A stretch of DNA of 64,000 nt from NCBI RefSeq assembly GCF_025965125.1, contig NZ_JAOPXM010000187.1; one strand, written 5' to 3'. The DNA comes from Nocardioides sp. (GTDB lineage: Bacteria; Actinomycetota; Actinomycetes; Propionibacteriales; Nocardioidaceae). Below, piece by piece: positions 1-9,775 of the stretch. The notes beneath the pieces are model-generated. The model was not told where the DNA came from, did not search any database, and saw nothing but the letters and a program-made list of their open reading frames with translations. The position numbers were made by a program, and so were the translations under genes. The first letter of the stretch is position 1. Each line of letters begins with the position of its first letter.

Positions 1-1
1 C

Positions 2-430
2 CTGCGAGTCGTCGAGTTCAACGCCCGCTTCGGGGACCCGGAGACCCAGCCGTTGCTGGCACTTCTCGACTCGCCCCTGGCGGCGCTGCTGCAGGGCGCG
101 GCCACCGGCACCCTCCACGAGGTGCCGTCGCCGGTCTGGAGGCCGGGCGCCGCGGTTGCGGTCGTCCTCGCCAGCAAGGGCTACCCCGAGACGTCCTCGT
201 CGGGCGACGTGATCAGCCTGGGTGGCGCGGAACGACTCGACGGTGTGCACGTCATCCATGCCGGCACCGCGATGTCGGGCGGCGACCTGGTAACGGCAGG
301 TGGTCGGGTCCTCGCCGTCGTCGCGACCGGCGACACCGTCGCGGCCGCCCGCGATGCGGCCTACGCGGGGGTCGCGCACGTAGAATTCGAGGGAGCCCAG
401 CACCGCACCGACATCGCAAAGGGCATCTGA
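2..430 (+). CDS. purD: phosphoribosylamine--glycine ligase, C-terminal part (5' end outside window)
   Basis: Frame is open from the window edge (LRVVEFNARFGDPETQPLL...), matching the PurD 'EFNxRFGDPE' ATP-grasp region. Stop overlaps the purB start (TGATG at 428-432). Sits in pur gene context. Confidence 0.85.
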   Translation: MRVVEFNARFGDPETQPLLALLDSPLAALLQGAATGTLHEVPSPVWRPGAAVAVVLASKGYPETSSSGDVISLGGAERLDGVHVIHAGTAMSGGDLVTAGGRVLAVVATGDTVAAARDAAYAGVAHVEFEGAQHRTDIAKGI

Positions 431-1848
431 TGACCGTCCCCAACATCCTCGCGACCCGGTACGCCGGCACCGACCTGGCGCACATCTGGTCGCCGGAGCA
501 CAAGATCGTTCTCGAACGGCACCTCTGGGTGGCCGTGCTCCGTGCCCAGCGCGACCTCGGCATCGAGGTTCCTGACGGCGTGATCGAGGCCTACGAGGAC
601 GTCATCGACAAGGTCGACCTGGACTCGATCGCCGCCCGCGAACGCGTCACCCGTCACGACGTGAAGGCGCGCATCGAGGAGTTCAGTGCCCTCGCCGGCC
701 ACGAGCACATCCACAAGGGGATGACGTCGCGTGACCTGACCGAGAACGTCGAGCAGCTCCAGGTCAAGCAGTCCCTGGCCCTGCTGCGGGACCGTGCGGT
801 CGCCAGCCTGGCCCGGCTGGCCCGCCTCGCCGTCGAGCACGAGACGACGGTCATGGCCGGCCGCTCGCACAACGTGCCCGCGCAGGCGACCACCCTCGGC
901 AAGCGGTTCGCGACGATCGCCGACGAGATGCTGATCTCCCTGGAGCGGGTCGAGGAGCTCCTCGCGCGCTATCCGCTGCGCGGCATCAAGGGTCCGATGG
1001 GCACCGCCCAGGACATGCTCGACCTCCTCGACGGTGACTCCACGAAGCTCGCCGATCTCGAGCAACGAGTCGCGGCCCACCTCGGGTTCGACCGGGTGCT
1101 CGTCTCGGTCGGCCAGGTCTACCCACGCTCCCTCGACTTCGACGTGCTGTCGGCGCTCGTCCAGCTGGTGGCCGGCCCGTCCAACCTGGCCACCACGATC
1201 CGCCTGATGGCCGGCAACGAGGTCGTGACCGAAGGCTTCGTGGAGGGCCAGGTCGGTTCGTCCGCGATGCCGCACAAGATGAACACCCGTTCCTGCGAAC
1301 GCGTCAACGGCCTCGCCGTGGTGACCCGCGGCTACCTCTCGATGGTCGGTGAGCTCGCCGGCGACCAGTGGAACGAGGGCGACGTCTCCTGCTCCGTCGT
1401 ACGCCGGGTGGCCCTGCCCGACGCGTTCTTCGCCGCCGACGGCCTCTTCCAGACCTTCCTCACCGTGCTCGACGAGTTCGGCGCCTTCCCGGCCGTGATC
1501 CAGCGCGAGCTCGACCGCTACCTGCCGTTCCTCGCGACGACCAAGGTGCTGATGGCCGCGGTCCGCAACGGCGTCGGCCGCGAGGTCGCGCACGAGGCCA
1601 TCAAGGAGGCCGCCGTCGGCGTCGCGCTCGACATGCGTCGTGGCCAGGCCGAGAACGACGTGTTCGAACGCCTCGCTGCGGACGAGCGCCTTGGCCTCAG
1701 CGCCGCGCAGCTCGCGTCCCTGGTGGCTGAGCCCATCAGCTTCACCGGTGCGGCCGTCGACCAGGTCGAGGCCGTCGTACGACGCGTCGGCGAAGTGACC
1801 GCGCGCCACCCCGAGGCCGCGGTCTACTCGCCCGCCGCGATCCTCTAG
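430..1848 (+). CDS. purB: adenylosuccinate lyase
   Basis: 472-aa ORF with the fumarate-lyase superfamily signature 'GSSAMPHKMN'. Translationally coupled to purD. Confidence 0.95.
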   Translation: MTVPNILATRYAGTDLAHIWSPEHKIVLERHLWVAVLRAQRDLGIEVPDGVIEAYEDVIDKVDLDSIAARERVTRHDVKARIEEFSALAGHEHIHKGMTSRDLTENVEQLQVKQSLALLRDRAVASLARLARLAVEHETTVMAGRSHNVPAQATTLGKRFATIADEMLISLERVEELLARYPLRGIKGPMGTAQDMLDLLDGDSTKLADLEQRVAAHLGFDRVLVSVGQVYPRSLDFDVLSALVQLVAGPSNLATTIRLMAGNEVVTEGFVEGQVGSSAMPHKMNTRSCERVNGLAVVTRGYLSMVGELAGDQWNEGDVSCSVVRRVALPDAFFAADGLFQTFLTVLDEFGAFPAVIQRELDRYLPFLATTKVLMAAVRNGVGREVAHEAIKEAAVGVALDMRRGQAENDVFERLAADERLGLSAAQLASLVAEPISFTGAAVDQVEAVVRRVGEVTARHPEAAVYSPAAIL

Positions 1849-1871
1849 CCCTCGGCGAGGGACCCGTCATC

Positions 1872-2153
1872 ATGGGAGTCGTGACGAAGGCGCTGGACCT
1901 TCGCGTGTACGGCGGGGTCCAGGGGGTGTCGTTCCGCTACTACACCCAGCGGGAGGCACGCCGGCTCGGCGTCAACGGGTGGGTGCGCAACGAGCCGGAC
2001 GGCTCGGTGGCGGCGCACCTCGAGGGCAACGACGCGGCGGTGGATGAGCTCGTGCTGTGGTGTCGCACGGGGCCGTCCAGCGCCCGGGTCGAGCGGGTGG
2101 AGACCAGCGACGTCGCCGTGACGGGAGCCACCTCGTTCGACGTCCGAGACTGA
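1872..2153 (+). CDS. acyP: acylphosphatase
   Basis: 93-aa ORF. 'VYGGVQGVSFRYYT...GWVRNEPDGSV' matches both acylphosphatase signature regions. GAGGGA lies about 9 nt upstream. Confidence 0.9.
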   Translation: MGVVTKALDLRVYGGVQGVSFRYYTQREARRLGVNGWVRNEPDGSVAAHLEGNDAAVDELVLWCRTGPSSARVERVETSDVAVTGATSFDVRD

Positions 2154-2167
2154 CTCGACGGGCCGGC

Positions 2168-2791
2168 TCAGGCGCGGGCGTGCCCGCCCCAGTTGGCGAG
2201 CTTGGTGGCGACGGTGTGCAGGTCCGCGCGCCAGACGTCTTCCGGACCGGGCGGCAGGATCTCGTCCCACTCCACGGCGTACGAGCCGAGGATCGAGGCC
2301 AGGCCCTCGGTGCGAGCGAAGAACCACAGATGGAAGTGCGCGGAGCCGTCTCCCCAACGGTTCACGTGCACGCGTCCGATGTGGGGAAGGTTGCCGATGA
2401 TCCGGGACAGGCGCGTCGAGATCCGGCCGAGCTGGGAGGCCAGGTCGTCGTCGAGGTCGGCGAAGTCCAGGTGCTCGCGGGTGTGCAGCACGACCACGAG
2501 CGGCAGCCCGGTCGGCTTCGCGTCATGGGTGAGCACCCAGTGCTCGTCCTCCCAGACGATGCGATCGGGGTCGAAGCCGGCACAGGAGCCGCACGGCTTC
2601 TCCGGGTCCTCGCCGTAGCGCGGCGGCTCGGGTGCCGGGGCCGGCAGGACGCGCGGCGCCACCGTGTCGTCGACGACTGTCCACGGGAACACGTCCCACT
2701 CCCCGATGGCCGGCATCGGCAGGTGGCCGTCCTCGCCGACAGCGGCGACGACCCGGGCGTAGACCTCTTCGGCGGACTCAGGCATGCGCAC
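2168..2791 (-). CDS. HIT-superfamily-like protein, function unknown
   Basis: 207-aa ORF with coding-like GC3 bias. Has a CGSC cysteine pair and 'GSAHFHLWFF', which resembles a degenerate histidine-triad motif. GTG start at 2791, alternative ATG at 2785. Confidence 0.45.
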   Translation of the reverse strand: MRMPESAEEVYARVVAAVGEDGHLPMPAIGEWDVFPWTVVDDTVAPRVLPAPAPEPPRYGEDPEKPCGSCAGFDPDRIVWEDEHWVLTHDAKPTGLPLVVVLHTREHLDFADLDDDLASQLGRISTRLSRIIGNLPHIGRVHVNRWGDGSAHFHLWFFARTEGLASILGSYAVEWDEILPPGPEDVWRADLHTVATKLANWGGHARA

Positions 2792-2834
2792 CAGCCTCCC
2801 ACGCCCATACTCGACTGAATGACTCGACTATGAT

Positions 2835-3728
2835 GTGGACATGACCATCGACACCATGCCGCCGCTTCCGTCGTACGACGATGCCGAGGTCGTCGTGCCC
2901 GCGCCCGATGCGGGACCCGGCAACTGGGCGGGCGCCGCGAGCGCGATCCTGGTCGACGGCACCTACTGGCTGACCTACCGGGTCCGCCGGCCGTTGACCG
3001 ACGGACGTGGCGTGACGGTGGTCGTGGCCCGATCCAGCGACGGCGTCGGCTTCGAGCCCGTGGCCGAGGTGCACCGGGACGCGTTCGGCAGCGAGTCGTT
3101 CGAGCGGCCGGTGCTGGTGCCGGTGCCGGGCGTCGGGTGGCGGCTCTACCTCTCGTGTGCCACGCCGGGATCCAAGCACTGGTGGATCGACAGCCTCACC
3201 GCCCTCACCCCGGAGGCGCTGCCGCACGGTGACCGTCGCCTGGTCCACGCGGGCGACACGCACACAGCGGTCAAGGATCCGGTGATCACCACGGGCCCGG
3301 ACGGGTGGCGGATGTGGCTGTGCTGCCACCCCCTCGACGACCCTGGCGACGAGGACCGGATGACGACGCGACTCCTGTCCAGTCGCGACGGCCTGGAGTG
3401 GACCGACCTCGGGGAGGTGCTGGCCGGCCGGCCCGGTCACTGGGACGCGCGCGGTGCCCGGGTCACGGCAGTGCTGACGCAGGAGCCGCTGATGGTGCTG
3501 TACGACGGCCGACCCGACGCCGAGTCCAACTGGCACGAGACGACGGGCGTGGCCCGGTGGGTGGGCTCCCGCCTGGTCGCCGACGAGACGCCTCCGGTCA
3601 CGTCGCCGTACTCCGACGGTGCCTGGCGGTATGCGTCGGCGGTGCCGCTGCCGGACGGTCGCACCCGCTTCTACGTCGAGGCCGCCCGGGCCGACGGCGC
3701 GCACGACCTGGTGACCTGCGTGCGTTGA
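2835..3728 (+). CDS. hypothetical protein (possibly beta-propeller, glycosidase-like)
   Basis: 297-aa ORF with coding-like composition, rich in W/D/G beta-strand-type segments (GTYWLTYRV, GWRLYLSC, GWRMWLCC). I recognise no catalytic motif. Confidence 0.45.
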   Translation: MDMTIDTMPPLPSYDDAEVVVPAPDAGPGNWAGAASAILVDGTYWLTYRVRRPLTDGRGVTVVVARSSDGVGFEPVAEVHRDAFGSESFERPVLVPVPGVGWRLYLSCATPGSKHWWIDSLTALTPEALPHGDRRLVHAGDTHTAVKDPVITTGPDGWRMWLCCHPLDDPGDEDRMTTRLLSSRDGLEWTDLGEVLAGRPGHWDARGARVTAVLTQEPLMVLYDGRPDAESNWHETTGVARWVGSRLVADETPPVTSPYSDGAWRYASAVPLPDGRTRFYVEAARADGAHDLVTCVR

Positions 3729-3742
3729 CCCATCCGGACGGA

Positions 3743-4705
3743 TCAGGCGGAGCTGCGCTGGCGGAACGAGCCCCGGCTCTGCATCGTCAGCCAGTCGCCG
3801 AAGTCCTCACCGGTCACGTCGCACAGTCGCGTGATGTCGTTGGTGAACGTCGGGAGCAGCCGCTCGCGCTGCTCGGCGCTGAGCAGCGGACGGTGGTTCT
3901 CGCCCGGCCCGCTGAGCCCGGCGACCAGCGGCACGCTCGCCCGGCGCCACACCTCGGGTGGCGCGAACTGGCCCAGCCGAGCCCCTGCCCGGACCACCGG
4001 GCCCATCGTGCGGGCGCGCCAGCCCGGCTCGACGAAGTTGCGGGAGTTGTCACGGGGGATCGATCCGACGACGCCCTGGCGGATGCCGAGGAAGCGGCAG
4101 GCGCGGTCGACCGCGCGTCGAGGCTCGTCGACGATGTCGCGGTAGCGCAGCACCAGGACGCGCGCCGGGTCGACGTAGTCATGGAGGTGGGCCAGCTGGT
4201 CGCCGTACAGCCCGAGGTCGCGGTAGCGCCAGAACGGGGCCCAGCCCTTGGCGACCCGCTCGTCCTGAAGGCTGAATGCCGTCTCGAAGTCGCTCTCGGG
4301 CTCGAGGCCGTCGGACCACAGGTGCATCCAGTTGCTGTAGGCCCGGTCGATCGGGTCGCGGACGACCGCGATCAGCTTCACGTCGGGCAGCGCCTCCGCG
4401 ATCCGGCGGTGCGCGCCCCGACTCCAGAGGTAGAACGGCGTGCTCTCGCCGCGGACCTGGTGGTCGGCGGCGCCCGCGAAGAGCCGCGCATAGTCGGCCG
4501 CACGCCACAGCCACTCCTGCTGTGAGTGCTTGTCGCCGGGGCCGCACCAGGCGGGCGGGGGTGCGCCGTCGCAGAGCCAGAACTTCGGCTCCTTCGGCTG
4601 GGTCATGAAGACCGACGGGTGCTGGGCCAGCGCCGAGTGGAGGGCGGTCGTGCCCGCCTTCGGAGCGCCGATGATGAGGAAGTCGGGCTGCGGCGGTCGG
4701 GTCAT
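3743..4705 (-). CDS. sulfotransferase family protein
   Basis: 'IIGAPKAGTTALHS' is a PAPS 5'-phosphosulfate-binding loop and 'VVRDPIDRAYS' is a 3'-phosphate-binding motif. GGAG lies 6 nt upstream of the ATG. Confidence 0.8.
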   Translation of the reverse strand: MTRPPQPDFLIIGAPKAGTTALHSALAQHPSVFMTQPKEPKFWLCDGAPPPAWCGPGDKHSQQEWLWRAADYARLFAGAADHQVRGESTPFYLWSRGAHRRIAEALPDVKLIAVVRDPIDRAYSNWMHLWSDGLEPESDFETAFSLQDERVAKGWAPFWRYRDLGLYGDQLAHLHDYVDPARVLVLRYRDIVDEPRRAVDRACRFLGIRQGVVGSIPRDNSRNFVEPGWRARTMGPVVRAGARLGQFAPPEVWRRASVPLVAGLSGPGENHRPLLSAEQRERLLPTFTNDITRLCDVTGEDFGDWLTMQSRGSFRQRSSA

Positions 4706-4823
4706 CGAGATCTCCTGGGTCGAGCTCCAAAGTGACGTAACCGACTATAGTTACTGCCCGAAAGGTTTGACACCTGTCGCGACGCTCGGGTTTCGCCCGC
4801 CAGAGTCTGGGCAGGGACCTGTC

Positions 4824-5339
4824 ATGACAACTCTCTCGGGAACGCCCACCCTCACCGTCCGTCCTCGGCTGCGCACCGTTGTTGCCGGCTTCGTCGCCGC
4901 CGTCGCCCTCCTGGTCGGTCTGGTGGGGCCGGCCACCGCCGTCACGCAGGCCAGCGCCGAGTCCCAGTTCCGGGCCGCGGGGATCGGCTGGACCTCGTCG
5001 GGCGGCTGCACCAACCGCAACGTCTCCACGTGCACGTCGTTCGAGGGCATCCGACAGGCGACGATCGATGGTGGGATCACCCTCCACCGAGCAAGCGGGT
5101 GTGGCCTCACGATCACCGGTGGCACGGAGACCGGTCACGCGAGCGGCACCTACAGCCACTGGAACGGCTACAAGCTCGACTTCTCCCGCACCACCTGCCT
5201 GACCTCGTGGATCCACAACACCTACACCTACATCGGCCTGCGCGGTGACGGCGCCCCGCAGTACCGAGCGGCCTCCGGGAACGTCTACGCCGACGAGGGC
5301 AGCCACTGGGACGTCACCTACTACACCTGCGGCTGCTGA
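4824..5339 (+). CDS. secreted cysteine-containing protein, unknown function (possible LAS/M15-like metallopeptidase fold)
   Basis: The start was trimmed to the ATG at 4824, which is followed by a signal-like segment (VVAGFVAAVALLVGLVGPATAVTQASA). 'SHWNGYKLD' resembles the HxxGxAxD zinc motif of M15/LAS peptidases, a weak match. Contains several Cys. Confidence 0.55.
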   Translation: MTTLSGTPTLTVRPRLRTVVAGFVAAVALLVGLVGPATAVTQASAESQFRAAGIGWTSSGGCTNRNVSTCTSFEGIRQATIDGGITLHRASGCGLTITGGTETGHASGTYSHWNGYKLDFSRTTCLTSWIHNTYTYIGLRGDGAPQYRAASGNVYADEGSHWDVTYYTCGC

Positions 5340-5343
5340 CACC

Positions 5344-5946
5344 GTGTCGTCGAGCCTGCTCGCCCTGGCCTGCGCGGCCGCCCTGCTGGCAACCCCGACC
5401 CCGACCGGGTCGGCCGGGCCGGCCGAGGCGGCTCCGAGCCCGGCCCAACAGGCTCGGCACTGTGCCAACGGGCAGGCCTCGAAGACCATCGCCGATCCCG
5501 GCCGGGATGCCGAGAAGGGCATCGACATCACCGCGCTCGGCGTGTGGAACAAGGACGCCGACGACTGTTACTGGGTCACCGTTGCCGGCAACTTCATGGC
5601 CAAGCGGGCCCAGGTGATCCAGGTCTTCTACGACACCAACCGGCGCCGAGCCGGCGCCGAGTACCAGATCTTCAGCTACAGCCCGATCGACGGCGACCGG
5701 CGCAGCCAGACCTACGTCGTGCGCCTGACCGACCACGGGCCGGTGCCGTTCACCTGCACGACGTACCGCGCCTTCAAGATCGGCAAGCACCAGATCCGCC
5801 TCGGCGTCCTGAAGGGGTGTCTCGGCAACGTGGCCCACCTTCGCGTGCGCGTCCAGCTCTTCGATGTCACCGAGTACCGCAGCGGGAACCGTTGGCGGGG
5901 CAAGTACGACCAGGTCCCGGCCGGCAAGTGGACACCGCTGGTCTGA
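5344..5946 (+). CDS. secreted hypothetical protein
   Basis: GTG start 4 nt after the preceding stop. Signal-like N-terminus (SSSLLALACAAALLATPTPTGSA). Coding-like composition, no recognised domain. Confidence 0.5.
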   Translation: MSSSLLALACAAALLATPTPTGSAGPAEAAPSPAQQARHCANGQASKTIADPGRDAEKGIDITALGVWNKDADDCYWVTVAGNFMAKRAQVIQVFYDTNRRRAGAEYQIFSYSPIDGDRRSQTYVVRLTDHGPVPFTCTTYRAFKIGKHQIRLGVLKGCLGNVAHLRVRVQLFDVTEYRSGNRWRGKYDQVPAGKWTPLV

Positions 5947-5977
5947 CCCATCTGCCGCCCACCCCTACTCTTGTCCC

Positions 5978-6862
5978 GTGGCCGAGCTGAACATCCCGGA
6001 AGCCCCTTTCATCGACGGGGCGACCCACCTGCACTCCGGCAAGGTGCGCGACCTCTACGAGCTGCCCGGTGGCGACCTGCTGATGGTCGCGAGCGACCGG
6101 ATCTCGGCGTTCGACTTCGTCCTGGAAACACCGATTCCGGGCAAGGGGGAGATCCTCACCAGGATGTCGCTGTGGTGGTTCGGGCAGCTGGCCGACCTGG
6201 TCCCGAACCACGTGCTCTCGACCGACGTGCCCGACTCGGTTCGCGGCCGAGCGGTCGTGTGCGAGCGGCTCGACATGTTCCCGGTCGAGTGCGTCGCGCG
6301 GGGCTACCTCACGGGGTCCGGCCTTCGCGAGTACGACGCCAGCGGCGAGGTCTGCGGCATCGCACTGCCGTCCGGGCTGGAGGACGGCAGCCGGCTCCCG
6401 ACGCCGATCTTCACGCCCGCGGCCAAGGCCGCCCTCGGCGACCACGACGAGAACGTGTCGTTCCAGGCGGTGGCCGGCACGGTCGGCGACGCGACGGCGA
6501 ACCGGCTGCGCGACCTGACGCTCGCGGTCTACGGCCGCGCCGAGGCGATCGCGCGGGAGCGCGGCATCATCCTGGCCGACACCAAGTTCGAGTTCGGCGC
6601 CCGCGCCGACGGCACGATCGTGCTGGCCGACGAGGTGCTCACCCCCGACTCCTCGCGGTTCTGGCCGGCCGACCGCTGGCAGCCTGGCCGCGCCCAGCCG
6701 TCGTACGACAAGGACGTTCTCCGCAACTGGCTGCGCTCACCGGCCTCGGGCTGGGACCAGCCGTCCGGAGAGCCACCACCGGCGCTGCCGGACGACATCG
6801 TCGAGCGAACCCGCGCCCTCTACGTGCAGGCCTTCGAGCTGCTGACCGGTGAGACCTTCTGA
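5978..6862 (+). CDS. purC: phosphoribosylaminoimidazole-succinocarboxamide (SAICAR) synthase
   Basis: 'HSGKVRDLYE...MVASDRISAFDFVL' and 'ILADTKFEFG' are SAICAR synthetase signatures. The start was trimmed to the GTG at 5978, preceded by TACTCT-N6. Confidence 0.9.
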   Translation: MAELNIPEAPFIDGATHLHSGKVRDLYELPGGDLLMVASDRISAFDFVLETPIPGKGEILTRMSLWWFGQLADLVPNHVLSTDVPDSVRGRAVVCERLDMFPVECVARGYLTGSGLREYDASGEVCGIALPSGLEDGSRLPTPIFTPAAKAALGDHDENVSFQAVAGTVGDATANRLRDLTLAVYGRAEAIARERGIILADTKFEFGARADGTIVLADEVLTPDSSRFWPADRWQPGRAQPSYDKDVLRNWLRSPASGWDQPSGEPPPALPDDIVERTRALYVQAFELLTGETF

Positions 6863-6919
6863 AGGGTTTCCTCGGCCAGTAGGTTGACCCCACTCGCCAC
6901 TCGTGATGGAGGCCACATC

Positions 6920-8473
6920 GTGTACAACCTCTCGACCCTGCTCGAGGACAGCGCGGGCAGGCACCCCGACCGGGACGCGGTCGTCTTCGGGGACACTCGG
7001 CTCAGCTACGCGCAGGTCGACGCCGCGGCCAACCAGGTCGCCAACCTCCTCGTCGAACGCGGCATCAGGCTCGGCGACAAGGTCGCATTGAGCTGCCCGA
7101 ACCTCCCCTACTTCACGATCGTCTACTTCGGCATCCTCAAGGCGGGTGGCACGGTCGTCCCGCTCAACGTGCTGCTCAAGGCACGCGAGGTGGCCTACCA
7201 CCTCCGTGACTCGGAGGCGAAGGCGTACTTCTGCTTCCAGGGCACCCCAGAGCTGCCGATCGGCCAGGAAGGCTACGCCGGGTTCCAGCAGGCCGATGAC
7301 TGCGAGCACTTCTTCCTGATCACCGCGGATCCCATGGCCGAGTCCCCGATCGAGGGGACCGAGACCCTGGGCCGGGCCACGGCCGAGCAGCCGCCGACGT
7401 TCGACTCGGTCGCCACCGACGAGGACGACACCGCCGTCATCCTCTACACGTCCGGCACCACCGGTCAGCCCAAGGGCGCGGAGCTACGACACCGCAACAT
7501 GCGCGACAACGCCCTGGCCGGCGCCGACCTCTTCGGAGCCGACGCCGACAACCCCGACACGTACCTGTGCGTGCTCCCGCTGTTCCACTCGTTCGGGCAG
7601 ACCGTCATCCAGAACGGTGCATTCGCGTTCGGTGGCACCGTCGTGATGCTGCCGCGCTTCGAGGCCGGTCCGGCGCTGGCCCTGATGGCCAGTGAGAGCG
7701 TGACGTTCTTCGCCGGCGTGCCCACGATGTACTGGGGCCTGCTCGGCGCCCTCGACGAGACGGTCGATGTCAAGGCGCTGGCCGCCAACCTGCGGGTCGC
7801 GGCCGCAGGCGGCTCGGCGCTGCCGGTCGAGGTGCACAAGGACTTCGAGAAGAAGTTCGGCGTCACGATCCTCGAGGGCTACGGGCTGTCGGAGACCTCC
7901 CCGGTGGCGAGCTTCTCGAAGTACGGCCAGCCGGTGCGGGTCGGCTCGATCGGCCTGCCGATCCCGGGCGTCGAGATGAAGCTCATCGACGACGACTGGA
8001 ACGAGGTCGAGGACGGGCCGGACGCCGTCGGCGAGATCGCCATCAAGGGCCACAACATCATGAAGGGCTACTACAACCGGCCCGACGCGACCGACGAGGC
8101 GATCCGGGACGGTTGGTTCCGCTCCGGTGACCTGGGTCGCCGGGACGAGGACGGCTGGTACTACATCGTCGACCGGTCCAAGGACATGATCATTCGCGGT
8201 GGCTACAACGTGTACCCGCGCGAGATCGAGGAGGTCCTGATCACCCATCCCGACGTGTCCCTCGCCGCCGTCATCGGCGTCCCGCACGAGAGCCACGGCG
8301 AGGAGATCAAGGCGGTCGTGATCCGCAACGACGGCGCGACGGTCACCGAGGACGAGCTGGTCGCCTGGGGCAAGGAGCAGATGGCGACCTACAAGTACCC
8401 GCGCATCGTGGAGTTCGTCGACGCGCTCCCGATGACCGCCACGGGCAAGATCCTCAAGCGCGAGCTCTCCTGA
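6920..8473 (+). CDS. AMP-dependent acyl-CoA synthetase/ligase (long-chain fatty-acid-CoA ligase-like)
   Basis: AMP-binding motif 'ILYTSGTTGQPKGA', plus 'GYGLSET' and 'GWFRSGDLG...DRSKDMII'. GGAGG lies 8 nt upstream of the GTG at 6920; the ORF track start at 6884 is an alternative. Confidence 0.85.
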   Translation: MYNLSTLLEDSAGRHPDRDAVVFGDTRLSYAQVDAAANQVANLLVERGIRLGDKVALSCPNLPYFTIVYFGILKAGGTVVPLNVLLKAREVAYHLRDSEAKAYFCFQGTPELPIGQEGYAGFQQADDCEHFFLITADPMAESPIEGTETLGRATAEQPPTFDSVATDEDDTAVILYTSGTTGQPKGAELRHRNMRDNALAGADLFGADADNPDTYLCVLPLFHSFGQTVIQNGAFAFGGTVVMLPRFEAGPALALMASESVTFFAGVPTMYWGLLGALDETVDVKALAANLRVAAAGGSALPVEVHKDFEKKFGVTILEGYGLSETSPVASFSKYGQPVRVGSIGLPIPGVEMKLIDDDWNEVEDGPDAVGEIAIKGHNIMKGYYNRPDATDEAIRDGWFRSGDLGRRDEDGWYYIVDRSKDMIIRGGYNVYPREIEEVLITHPDVSLAAVIGVPHESHGEEIKAVVIRNDGATVTEDELVAWGKEQMATYKYPRIVEFVDALPMTATGKILKRELS

Positions 8474-8673
8474 TGGGCCGGACGCTCGGTCTGGCGCTGG
8501 CGGGCGTGATGATCCTGATGGGCGGGGTGTGGGCTTTCCAGGGCCTGGGCTACCTCGAAGGCAGCTCGATGACGGACGAACGGATCTGGGCAGTGATCGG
8601 GTCGATCGTGGTCGTGCTCGGCCTGGTGGTGGGCGTCGTCGCGGTCCGCCGCGGGAACCGCCAGGAACCCTGA
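8473..8673 (+). CDS. small membrane protein (66 aa, two hydrophobic segments)
   Basis: The ATG overlaps the ligase stop by 1 nt (TGATG). Two clear TM-like stretches (LGLALAGVMILMGGVWAF, IWAVIGSIVVVLGLVVGVVAV). Confidence 0.55.
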   Translation: MGRTLGLALAGVMILMGGVWAFQGLGYLEGSSMTDERIWAVIGSIVVVLGLVVGVVAVRRGNRQEP

Positions 8674-8707
8674 CCAGCCCCTCGCTCAGGAGGCCGGGTC
8701 CAAAGGC

Positions 8708-9211
8708 TCAGGCGAAGGGGTTCGGAAGGGCCCCGGGCAGGCCGGCGAGGAGTTCCCGGGCGCGGGCGGCGCTCTTGTGCTCGACCAGCACCTCGTAGCG
8801 GGTTGCGACGACCTGGGTCACCGAGGAGAAGTCCCGCTGCCCGCGGGTGGCGGCGTAGCCGACGAGTGCCCAGATGACACCCCAGGCCGCGCCGATGACC
8901 ATGGTCGCGACGAAGATGCCGAGGATGTTGCGGTCGGTGAAGAACGTGAAGATCAGGCCGATGAACAAACCGAGCCACAGCCCGGACAACAGTCCGCCCA
9001 TCGCAACCTTGGCGTTGGTGAGGCGGCCGGTGATCCGTTCGATGCGCTTCAGGTCGGTGCCGACGATCATCAGCTGTTCGACCGGGAACTTGTTGTCGGA
9101 GAGGTAGTCGACGGTCTTCTGCGCGGCCGCGTAGTCGTCGTACACCGCCAGCGACTGCGGGAAGTCCAGCTTCAGGGGCGAGGACCCGGGGACTCCGGTG
9201 GGCATGCTCAT
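8708..9211 (-). CDS. membrane protein with N-terminal general-stress-protein-17M-like domain
   Basis: The start was trimmed to the ATG at 9211 (MSMPTG...). 'AVYDDYAAAQKTVDYLSDNKFPVEQLMIVG' is followed by two TM segments. The longer ORF-track version has an Arg/Pro-rich non-coding-like N-terminus. Confidence 0.6.
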   Translation of the reverse strand: MSMPTGVPGSSPLKLDFPQSLAVYDDYAAAQKTVDYLSDNKFPVEQLMIVGTDLKRIERITGRLTNAKVAMGGLLSGLWLGLFIGLIFTFFTDRNILGIFVATMVIGAAWGVIWALVGYAATRGQRDFSSVTQVVATRYEVLVEHKSAARARELLAGLPGALPNPFA

Positions 9212-9502
9212 GCACTCCAGTGTGCCCGACCGACGCCGACGCGTCCTAGGAGCGCACCGTGATCGAGCGGCTCCTGGTCGAGGCAGCGAGAGGCGCGGTT
9301 GCCGGTGAACCTGGCCACCAGCCCCAGCTTCTTGGCGCTGCCGACCTTTCCTGTGTTGATGGTGGTCTTGTAGCTGTAGCCGCACTGGTTGTCGATCCTG
9401 ACCGTCCTGACCCTGGTGCCGGGCCGCCGGCCGGCCGGTGGCTCAACCGCCCGTCGCCCCCGGTAAACTCGGCCCCAGTCCCCCCGCAACCAGGAGCCGT
9501 CC

Positions 9503-9775
9503 GTGCCCCGAGTCGTCGTCGACGTCATGCCCAAGTCCGAGATCCTCGACCCGCAGGGCAAGGCCGTCCTCGGCGCGCTGCCCCGGTTGGGGTTCAGCGG
9601 TGTCACCGACGTGCGCCAGGGCAAGCGCTTCGAGCTGGAGCTCGCCGGCGAACTCACCGACGAGACCCTGGAGCAGGTACGCCGGATGGCCGAGACGCTG
9701 CTCTCCAACCCGGTGATCGAGGACTTCGTCGTCCACGTGCCCGGAGCGGAGCCGGCTCAGGTGAGCGGGCCGTGA
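9503..9775 (+). CDS. purS: phosphoribosylformylglycinamidine synthase subunit PurS
   Basis: 90-aa ORF, '[19 protein letters not shown]...' is typical of PurS. AGGAG lies 7 nt upstream. Stop overlaps the purQ start (GTGA). Confidence 0.9.
   Translation: MPRVVVDVMPKSEILDPQGKAVLGALPRLGFSGVTDVRQGKRFELELAGELTDETLEQVRRMAETLLSNPVIEDFVVHVPGAEPAQVSGP

Noticed and set aside
9250-9420. A peptide-like stretch on the minus strand (…[48 protein letters not shown]…) in the purS upstream intergenic region.
   Set aside because: Its composition looks more protein-like than the surrounding alternative frames. However, I could find no in-frame ATG/GTG/TTG near its beginning, and the only open frame reaches back into purS on the opposite strand. 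At best it is a gene remnant and needs a TBLASTN check.
9212-9502. Possible purine or ZTP (pfl) riboswitch upstream of purS, and upstream of the other pur genes.
   Set aside because: I saw no …ACTGGCG…CCGCCTGGGC…-type ZTP signature and no purine-riboswitch junction. purC, purL and purF have essentially no 5' leader.
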